DNA of 64,000 bases, from contig JARFYF010000055.1 in the NCBI GenBank assembly GCA_030265395.1, positions 20,338,896-20,402,895 of the forward strand, given 5' to 3'. Positions 53,869 to 64,000 of this stretch are shown here, one piece after another. A program made the position numbers and the translations under genes. The stretch's first letter is position 1, and the number at the start of each line of letters is the position of its first letter. The stretch is from Rhina ancylostomus (Eukaryota). The notes under the pieces were generated by a model. It was given only the letters and a program-made list of their open reading frames with translations. It searched no databases and was not told the origin of the DNA.

Positions 53869-54914
53869 GAAGGCTTATAACATCCTTTAGTGTTTCAATA
53901 GGAAACTATAGAGTAAGTGGCTGCCTCCACGTAAAGCCAGCCTGCACTGTTTAAAGCCCTGTGAGGGTATGGGCTTCACTCTGTGGGATTGAGCTTGTTC
54001 TAGTAATTACAAATTTATTTTTGCAAATTAAAATAAAGTTCACAAACTCCACATCAATGTTGTTTTAAAGCTGGTGGGGTAGGTGTGTGGCCAGGTTCCT
54101 GAAGCTGATGAACAGTGAGCAGGTCCTTGCAGGTCAGGCAGGAAAATTGCTGCATGTATTGTGAGTGGCCTGGCATTGCAGAGCAGAGCAAAGCAGATAA
54201 TGCACTCAGTCAAAGGGCCAGGCCAGCTCAGACTGAGCCAGGATGGATCCTGCGGCCTCTTTTCCATTGTTGCTGTCATGGTTCTGGGTTCTGGCCCTCA
54301 ATTTGGCTCCTTTAATGCCTTGTTGTAGAGCACATGGATTCCATGCTGGACTGTTTGCATAATGACACGCACCTGAGCGCCATCAGGGGCCTAGCATAAG
54401 TACCTGGGTTTCTCTAGCACTAGTTGCCAGGGTATTGGTCAACCTTTGGGTATACTTTGGCTCCTGGCTGCTTAGTGGTCAACTCTAGAGCAGTCCTGTG
54501 TTCTGTTCCTTTTTGGATATCCAGTTCGTGCTGGGATTCCTCCTCAGGTCCCTGAGGCAAGATTCCTTCCAGTTGCTGCCCGTGTTTGGTCCTGAGGCAG
54601 TATCCTGACTCCAGTCCTATACCAGTGTGCTGCATTTGGGCTCTCTGTGAGCTTGCTCTTTGCTCAACATTGTGACACCACTACTGACCTTGTGATGGAA
54701 GAAAGATCACTGATGAAACAGCTGAAGCTGGCTGGCCCTGGGCCACTGTCTGAGGAACTCTGATCACTGTAATGATTAACCACCTCCAATTACAGGCATT
54801 GCTATTTGCATGAGGTAGCACTACAAGTATTGGAATGTTTTCCCCTTGATGCCCAGTGACGTTTCAGTTTCACCAGTGTTCCCTGATACCACACTCAGTC
54901 ACATCTGCCTAAAT

Positions 54915-55040
54915 TTCCTCTGGGTGCTCCGGTTTCCTCCAACATTCCAAAGATGTACGGGTAGGTAAATATGGGTTTAAGTTGGGCAGCACAGACTCGT
55001 TAGGCTGAACGGGCCTGTTACCACACTGTAAATAAAACTT
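54915..55040 (+). mobile_element. V-SINE (HE1-like) fragment inserted in a decayed LINE (about 54680-55420, minus)
   Basis: V-domain core gggtgctccggtttcctcc..cattccaaaga followed by a CR1-like tail ggctgaacgggcctgtt...ctgtaaataaaa. Confidence 0.7.
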
Positions 55041-58019
55041 CAAAAAATCTTTTTAAATTTTACCTCCCTTATGGATTTCAGCTCTTTGGTCTATGCTTCA
55101 ATCAAGACTGAGGTCTGGAGCCAAGTGATTCTGGAGAAACTCAAATTGAGCAGGTTCTTGGTGAGTTAGTGGGGCTTGGCAACACTGTCAACAATAGCTT
55201 CCCTCACTGTACTGATGACTGTTCAGTGAGTAATTAGCTGGACTGGATTTGCCCTTTCTGTGGACATATCTGGGAAAGTTTGCACCTTGTCGGTTAGATG
55301 CCGGTGTTGAAACTGTACTGGAATACCTTGAATACATCACAGCTAGTTCTGGAGTGCATATCTTCAGTACTGCAGCTGGGCTCTCATCTGGTCCCTCAGC
55401 CATTCCTTGGTATCACCTGGAGTAGGTAGATGATTGATAAATGTTCATGCACTTTAGAGGATTCCTTCTGGAACCAAACTACTAATTTGGTAAGTGAGAC
55501 ATTATTAAAAATCTTATTTAAAACCACTGGTGAGGAACAACTGAATTTAAACATTCATCATCTGGCTCAGATCTTCATTTCAAAACCATGGGCAATTGGA
55601 ATATGTTTGCTAATCTGGCTAAGTTACAGTATCTAAGAGGGACAGCTTCACCTGAACTTCATAGACCACAGATTGGCAGAGATATTTTGTACCTATCTTT
55701 TGAAAGCATTTAAACTCATTCAGAACAGGAACAGACTGGGTAGGTCATTGCATAAACTCTACACATGCAGTTAAATCTGTATGAATCATACATGATTAAA
55801 TCCAAGGTTGTCAAGACCTTTAAAATGCTTCTGTAAGTGCATGATTTTATTAAACAAGCTGCCAGTATTTCACACACAGTGAGACGGAAAAATTAACCAC
55901 TATTTCTGAAACATGGCAGATGAACTGAACAGATTGGCCTAAAAGGTTAACTTGTTAATTTCCGTTAAGATGACTGTGTCATCATTAATTACTCACAAGT
56001 GCTCCTTTAATACAATCCAGCAAACTAAATTTTAAAAATGTTGGGACTGCTTAATACACTAAATTAAAATTTGGTCCCAGTGATGGACTGTAGTATCCAC
56101 CTGAGTCATAGAGCACAGACAGGCTCTTCAGCCCACCATATCCATGCCCAGCATGTTGTGTAAGGTCATAAGTGGTGGGCAGTGTGTACTCTCATCCAAG
56201 GTGAGAGGTAGACAGTCAGGCCAAATAGCCCTCTTCTCAGTGGAGACACAACAGACTCTAGATACTGGAATCTGGAACATCAGACAATCTGCTGGAGGAA
56301 CTCAGCGGGTCGAGCAGCATCAGTGGGTGGGGATGAAAGAATTGTCCCTCTTAGTGACTGCCTGGACCTGTGGGTAACAATCATGGGCTGCAGCAATCCT
56401 GCCAGAAGGTCAACTGGCCTTCCTGCTCCTCTTGGCACCAGAGCATAGAACTGAAGGGCACCCCCTCCAAAAAGCAGGAGGTGAGCTGCAACACCTTGCT
56501 GTCCACAGACATGGACCACTGTCTCATCCAGAGAGCAGAAATGGTGAGCAGCCTTTTGGTGCACACTGAACCTATGATAAAGCACTGCTCTGCAATAGTA
56601 GTCCACGCCAGATCGCCAAGNNNNNNNNNNNNNNNNNNNNNNNNNNNNNNNNNNNNNNNNNNNNNNNNNNNNNNNNNNNNNNNNNNNNNNNNNNNNNNNN
56701 NNNNNNNNNNNNNNNNNNNNTCCTGACTCCAGTCTTGTATCAGTGTGCTGCATTTGGGTTCTCTGTGAGCTTGCTCTTTGCTCAACATTGTGACAGTTGC
56801 TGCCTCCTTTTGTGCTATGGTCGCTGTCCTCTCCTGCAGAACCACACTCATCCTTGTAAAAGGTACAATTAATAGTAGATGTAATACAAGGATGGAGTTT
56901 CACTCCGATTATGGCATTCCACTACTGGGAGTAGAATGCAATCTCATTTAATTCATTCACTCCTAAAATATTACACTGAATGAGCCCTCCACAGCTGCCT
57001 TGAGCCCATCTCTCTTATCACCACTACCACAGCCCCTGGCTCTCTGATGCTCTCTCTGGCCCACCAACTGCCTGGATCTCTGCCAACATGACTGGGAAGC
57101 CATTGGAGTCTTTCAGAGCTCTAGAGATTGTTGGACAAATGCCAGCCTTTATCTCCGACCCCGAATTCATTCCGCCCAGAGTGGGGACTTGTAAGTCAGG
57201 ACTATCCCAACTAAACAGTGACAGCAATTCTTAACCACAGTACTGTCCTCAGCCTCATCAATTTACCATCCCCTCCCTTCATTCACCTACCAACTCTCCC
57301 TATCCAGCATCAAAATGCTCCACCTCACTGTCACACACTTAAACCTGCTGTAGGCCTCGTACCCTGCTAGTTAACTGCTGCAGCCACTTCACACGAATAT
57401 ATTGGACAACAGTCACTGTTACATCCCTCTTTCTTTCTGGACAAGGAGAGAGGAGGAGGAAACTGGAGAAGGGGAGTCATTCATGCAAGTCCCAATCCCC
57501 ACAGGAAGGGACAGTGTTGGCCATCATCAAAACAGTCAATGTTGTGGTCCTGACCTAATGAGTGTCAGGGACAATCCATGATAACTGTATCTTCATTCTG
57601 AATTCTTGTGCTCAAAACCCACTTTCCATTCATCCCACAGAGTCTTCTGATTAAAGATCTGCAGACAACATAGGCAGCTCCTCTTCTTCCCCCCCCCCAC
57701 CAAACATCTCCCATTACCTCCCCTCCCACCACCCACCCCTCCCCATCCAACCCTCTAAGCCTTCCCACACAATTTTCATTTCAAATACCCAAGAACTGCA
57801 ATCTGGCATGATAATGTGGAAAGAAGAAGAGACATAAACAGATACCACCGCATCATTTCACACTTGCAGCCATGAGTTCAAACACTGACACTGATTGCCA
57901 CTTAGATTGCAGAAAGTCAGGATTTGCATGTGACATGGGACTTGGAGACTGTCCTTTCTAGTACATTGGCCAGCACATTGGAGTAGTTGTTCCAGTATGT
58001 TGGAGATGAACTCTTGGTC

Positions 58020-58204
58020 CTTCCACTTTATTTGTCTACCTGTACTACACTTTCTCTGTAACTGCAACACTAGATTCTGTATTGTTTTTTCTCCCTTTTG
58101 TACTACCTCAATGTACTTATGTATGGAATGATCTGACCGGATGGCATGCAAGCCAAAGCTTTTCACTGTATCTCAGCACATGTGACAATAATAAACCAAT
58201 TACC
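58020..58204 (+). mobile_element. Rex/Babar-type LINE 3' UTR fragment
   Basis: ctttctctgtaactgcaacact...aagcttttcactgtatctcagcacatgtgacaataataaaccaattacc tail. Confidence 0.6.
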
Positions 58205-60337
58205 AGCTCCGTCTGTGCACACTATGGACCCAATCCTGAGGGAACGTCTGATAGTCACAACTTCACTGACAGCACAAGGAACTCGATGGCTGAGTGCAAT
58301 AGTGGAAGCTGAAACTGCTGCCATCATGGTTGTGGACTAGAGTAAGCAGAGGGGTTGTGGAGCGTCACAGTAGTCCAGCAAACTGCCGTCCAATAGAGTG
58401 CTAGAATTGCTAAGAATCACCACAGGGCAAAGGCAGTGGCTCCATAGATTTCCAACCTATTATCTTCTTTGAGGAAGTCACTGTTTAATTCTTGCCCTAA
58501 CACATATACTGGTGTCTTTGCCCCTTGGAAATGGCTGATAGTCAACTTGCCCAGACTGCTGCAGCCCAAGTCAAGATGGGCTTTCAAGGCCCAGAACTGT
58601 TTGCTCCTTCCATCAGCCACATTGAAGCTCATGTCACCCAGTTTATGAGCACTATAACAGGTAAAGACACTTGAAATGTAGGCACAAAGACAATGCTCAA
58701 AGGTGATTGACTTTTGCACAAATATGGCATGATTTAATTTATCATTTTGATTTATTTTGTGGCAGCTTTTATTTTTGTGGGTGGCCGCATCTTGAGATTG
58801 TGTCGCATAAATTTGACCGCTCAAACCATGCCAGCCAGCCCACTGAGTGCAGCAGAGATCCTTCAGAGATCCCACCACACAGCAGAAGTGCCTGTGGTCT
58901 ACTCTGTCACATTTGGTCTGGCATTATGGGTTTCATCACATGCAAGTTGCTCACAAGCCTCATGAGCAAAGACATCAGCAGAAGTGCCTTGTCACCCAAT
59001 ATCCAAACTTTGGTCTTCCATGGAGGTCAAATGCAGCCAGTACTGCGGACTGGCACAAAACGAGGGCAACATGACCACAGCTAAGAAGTCAGTGATTCAC
59101 TGACAATGGCAACAAGCCTGATGAACATTGGAAGGAGAGGAACTCTCCTTCATCTCGAGTAATAGGGCAATATGGTTCCCGCAAACAATTATGTATGCAG
59201 TCAGTGGTGGGTTCTAAGGAAAGCTGGATAGGGTGGGTCCCATTCAAGGTAATGCTGAGGCAGGCTTCAGGAGTGATGTGGCCTGTGGGTGGCAGGCAAG
59301 TATTGCACACAACTGGACACCACTGCCTATATCTATAGTTCTTTGAGCATTAGTACATCAAAAGCACAGGGAACTTAAGATGAAAAAAACACAGGATGTT
59401 GCATCTCACAAAAGTAAGATAACTTAGATTTCCTATATTCCAATCTAAATATTATTTGGTGGCAGTAGTAATTCTAATCGAGAAGAAAATTTCCACATAT
59501 TCATTTCTAATCATTTTTCATGTCATTGAATCATGAGATTATTGGAGAGAGTGTTAACTTCTTTCAAGTCGCATATTTTAGCTCTGTGTTACTTGTTTAT
59601 ATAACTGTTACTTAGGCCCTTCGAAGAGAGCTTTTCACATTTGAATTTTGGAACATTAAAAATTACTGTGTTCCAAAGATACTATATTTTGTCTATTGAA
59701 ACTGCATTTCCAGATTGCTGCGTAACCTCACCAGCACTGTGTTTGCTTTGAATGCCTCGTTAAAGTATGTACTAGAATAAGAGACCTGAAAACGAAGCTC
59801 TTCGATATTTAGAGCAGTACACTGCATTGTGAAAATACTGGCAGATTCAACAAGATTATTGTTAATAAACATAAAAACCATAAGTTACCACAGTAACTTT
59901 TCTAACTGCAGGACTCTTAGATACAATTCTAACTTAAGTAATGTTGCACATCCTGAATATAATATTTAACAAGACTCAGTTAACCAACAGTGAAAGAACA
60001 TGCTTTGAAATTCTTTGCTTTTCTATAAATTTGCCTTGGCAAAAGTCAGCTTTAGATGTCCAGAGGATGTTAGTCTTGAAGGGAATCAAGAGATAGACTA
60101 GAAAAATGGATTCTAGAAGATAGGTTATTATTTTATTGAGTGGCAAGGCAAGCTTGGATAACTGAACGGGCTACTCCAGCACCTATTCCTTATGTTCAAT
60201 TATCCTTGCTGAATTTTTACAATTATGTATGATATTCGTGTTCAAAATGGTTCTTTCTGAACAGCTGGAGTCCAGTTTAAGTAGACTATACATTCTGCTT
60301 GAATGAAGAAATATGACTATTGATCTCTGGTACTCAC

Positions 60338-60379
60338 TTGGTAGCAAGAAGCATATTTTTTCGGGCATGGAGCTCAGCT
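60338..60379 (-). CDS. TFAP2E: TFAP2E penultimate exon, visible 3' part only (5' part is in N gap 60380-60621)
   Basis: Minus strand GCT GAG CTC CAT GCC CGA AAA AAT ATG CTT CTT GCT ACC AA|gtgagt gives AELHARKNMLLAT(K). The split codon AA|G joins the last exon in frame (ATK-QICKEF). Confidence 0.93.
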
Positions 60380-63300
60380 NNNNNNNNNNNNNNNNNNNNN
60401 NNNNNNNNNNNNNNNNNNNNNNNNNNNNNNNNNNNNNNNNNNNNNNNNNNNNNNNNNNNNNNNNNNNNNNNNNNNNNNNNNNNNNNNNNNNNNNNNNNNN
60501 NNNNNNNNNNNNNNNNNNNNNNNNNNNNNNNNNNNNNNNNNNNNNNNNNNNNNNNNNNNNNNNNNNNNNNNNNNNNNNNNNNNNNNNNNNNNNNNNNNNN
60601 NNNNNNNNNNNNNNNNNNNNNATTTGCCTTTCAAAGCACTCACCCTGTCCAATACTAAGACAGCATACCTCACCTCATCACCACTGCTGCAAAGATTCAA
60701 ATCATTTAACATTTCCAGGCACAAGTTCTGCAGCATTTTCTTACCAAGTGTCTAGATCTTCAGTCAATACTCCAGCTCTTTCAGGTCTACATTTTGCCAT
60801 TCACCAGTTGCTCTGCCTTTATTAACCTTCTGTTCCTCCTCCTCCTCTCCCAGCAGGTTAATTTCAAAGACCTGATGCTTGTCATCATGTTCCTTTGTCA
60901 TTCCCAAAAATCCATTTTCCATATCTGTATCTGTTTATCCCAGCTCATCCTTTCCACACTTCAGTGGTATTGTTCAACTCTTCTCCCGGATTTCTTCCCA
61001 AACACCGAGTCAGCTAAGGTTAGGATGAATTATTTTGTTTATAAGAAGTGCAAATGTATCTTAAGATTATATATCAAATCATTTCGAGAGGACCAAAGGG
61101 AAGGAGGAAATAGATTTTGAAATCCGTAACGTGAATATTATCTTCAGTAATCTTCTTTAATGCTTCACCTCAGTCCTTTTTCCTCCTTCCCTTCGGTCCT
61201 CGTGAAATGTTTTGATATATAATCTTAAACTATATTTGCGCTTCTTTATAAACAAAATGATTCATCCTAACCTTAGCTGCAATGCCAGCCTGTAGGATTT
61301 TCACAGCCCATTGTAGAAGATCCCAGCCTTGAACTTGCCCTTGCAAGTGCACTTAATGCAACACCCTGTTGCCTCAGATAAGTATTAGTCACTTAGTGAA
61401 TTGCCCTGAAGTACATAAACAGCCAAGAGCAACTCTGGGATTGCAACAAGATTGCAGAGATTTAAGTCACAGGAAACAAAAAAACATGCTGGTTTATATT
61501 AAGAAAGAGGCAATGATATTTCCTATTAGCATTGAACCTGTATATCAGTTCAGACTTCTTACGCAAACTGAAGTGATGTGACGTTTTCCTTTAATCAATG
61601 GGACTAAAACTCATATGCAAATTTTGGAATTTTGAAAAGTCTTATCTGGTATCTGAGTATACCAAACTAAGGAAACTAGGAATTTTACGCTCAAAAGAAA
61701 CCTTAAGAGCTGGGCGCCATTCAATGAGTATTCATTTGCCTCCATTGGACCTTAAGGAAGAAAGATTATTGGATATTGGTTGCTTTTCATATAGCAAGAG
61801 CAATTTATTCTCAACAAATTCACAAGACAAGAAGGACTTCACCAAAGTCTGTCTTCCTGGAAAGTTCATATTTTGCCCAAAAGCGTCATTACCACAACAT
61901 TTAGAAATAGTTATAAATTTAGTAATAAAAGAGGGATACTTATACTATCATTACATATTTTCTCATGCAGACTATATTGTATACTTGCTGCATGGTGTAA
62001 AGGAACCCAGGTCCCCAGAAGTGATTATGAGTCCTTCTGGATATTTGACCTACTGTGGTACATGTCATTTTGATCGCTTGGTTAGATATGGAACACCCTC
62101 AGTTTGGAGAAGGTGCATTAGCGACAATGAAACCAAAACTGAGGAAAATGAGAATTTTACATCCAAGGAAGGAAGGCTTGAGAGTGCACTTCACACATCT
62201 TCAGGATTCCATGAGTTAATATAATTGGTACTAATAAACCATTTGATATCTCTGTCCATTACAGAGAAGAGAGAGGGCAAGCAGATCATTCTGGTTAACT
62301 AAATTCACTCAAAGCATAGTGAATGTGAAGAAATGGCATGCACAGAGCCAATGAAGGCAAAACATGCTGGAAAATTTATATTTTTTGACAGAAAAGGTTG
62401 AGGGTGTAAGGTATAAAATTACGTTTTCCAAACTTTGGGATGGCAAATGAATTTTACATTTTCTAAAATATGCATTTCAATTTAAGGTTTAGTTCACATC
62501 CCTTGGTCCTATCTTTGAAGATCTGAATTGGAAGCAGGAGTAAGCACCTTGGACCCTCAAGCCTGTTCCACCATTCAATTAGACTAGGGCTGATAAAATG
62601 CCTAAGACCAACTTTACTCAGAGAAATCATCCTCTGACTTACCTTCATATACTTTGAAAGGTTAATTTGTTTAAGACAGGTAGCTGAGCAAGTGACCAAA
62701 TCATTTATATGAAACAGCAACATTTTTTGTGTTTTTACTGATAGTCTTTTTTCAAAATAAACAAACACGTATTTAATTCTGCTGTCTTGGTCACACTTGA
62801 AAAGGCACTGTACAAGTTTCCTCTTCAAATCCATCCTTAAACTTTTTCAGAAAGACAAGAAGACCTTACATTTGGTATGGTAATAAAATGAAAATGATGT
62901 TGAAAAAGAAAAACTTCAATGTTCTAATTTTAGACAGTGTATATAAACAATTCATTATTCCAGTTACTTGGGGCAATTGTAACATTTAACCACCACTCTA
63001 AAAATATATCATGTATTACTGGCATAATCTACATTTTGCTTTACTGCTAAATCAATATGTTTTGTAGTTAAACTCTAAGTCAAAGTCTCATTGTCTTGCT
63101 CTGCCATCTTCTCAAGACAAAATTGATTATGTTTGAACACATAATGAAAGCAATGCCTGAAATTTACTGCTTACGGTTCTCCACTCATTCTTTGGACACC
63201 CTTCATATTTAGTTCAAGTCTGGACAAATGAAATCATTGATACATAAAACTCACCTACAAGAGCAGTTTGAAAAGCAGACTTCTGGAGATACAAAGAATA

Positions 63301-64000
63301 AAGACTGGCTGTGTATGCTTGGGGAATGCTTGCAGTCCACATGGAACTGCCAGCTGTTCTCTGTGTAAGTGAATCAGGTGCAGGATTCCTTCACGATCGT
63401 GGAAGTCCTGAACTAGCCGGCTACTCTTTAACAGCTTTTCCTGACTCCACCTTGACTTTCAACTCCTCAGGTTCCACATGCAGAAGCAGTGAGTCCATTC
63501 TTTTCAGGGGAGAGGAATAGCTATGAGATACCATTATTATTATTATTAGGTAATTTTTTTTTAAATTAATCAAGTTTATTTGAATGCTTAAAGTGTTTTT
63601 TTAATGTTTTGGCTGTTTCTGAATTCCTGGATTATTCAAGGACATTAAAAAATGTTGCCTCATTTGACAGCCAGATAAGCTGAAGTCATTGCTTAGCCAG
63701 TTATCAAAGTGTTTTCAGCTCTTTTGTCAATGGGTCCCCACCTTTGAGGATTGGGTCTGTGCCAAGCAGCATGTTGACAGCAAAAATGTTCAAAAGACCT
63801 ACTTCATAGTCCAAAGCCAAGTGTGTAGGCAACTGACTACAGATAGTAACTTCGAGCTCATTATGTTCTTACATTTCTATTTTGTTTTCCTATTTTTCAT
63901 TCTCTCTCACCCTCCCTCCCACATTCTCTCTCTCGCTCCCTCATTTTTTTCTCTTGTTCCCTCATTTTCTCTCTCTCCATCTTATGCCTATCACAAGTTT

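Noticed and set aside
57200-59300. Cluster of 60-150 aa ORFs
   Set aside because: GC-richer decayed sequence, possibly an old retroelement remnant. No coherent protein or splice structure.
63311-63520. GC-richer block as a further TFAP2E exon
   Set aside because: The minus-strand frames I read contain stops and no AP-2 motifs such as RAKSKNGG or LPAGRRK.

Overview
This is AT-rich vertebrate genomic DNA, not prokaryotic. The repeat repertoire (CR1, L2, Rex/Babar, Penelope, Deu-SINE and V-SINE-like elements) points to a cartilaginous fish (shark or ray). The assembly has seven N gaps. Two spliced genes face each other tail-to-tail. On the + strand are the last three coding exons of proteasome subunit PSMB2 (11347-13831). 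On the - strand is the 3' end of TFAP2E/AP-2 epsilon: the last exon at 45499-45790, plus the visible 3' part of the penultimate exon at 60338-60379, whose remainder lies in an N gap. This is the same neighbour pair as human 1p34.3. The rest is intron or intergenic DNA full of decayed transposons, including a clean solo-LTR-like insertion with a 4-bp TSD, two TA-flanked MITEs and nested LINEs, plus several candidate enhancer-like islands. The most anomalous signal is a 96-bp piece of bacterial DNA gyrase A (gyrA) coding sequence abutting an N gap (40785-40880); contamination or mis-extension is more likely than horizontal transfer. I found no convincing evidence for a new biological system. All family assignments come from recognising motifs by eye, not from database searches.
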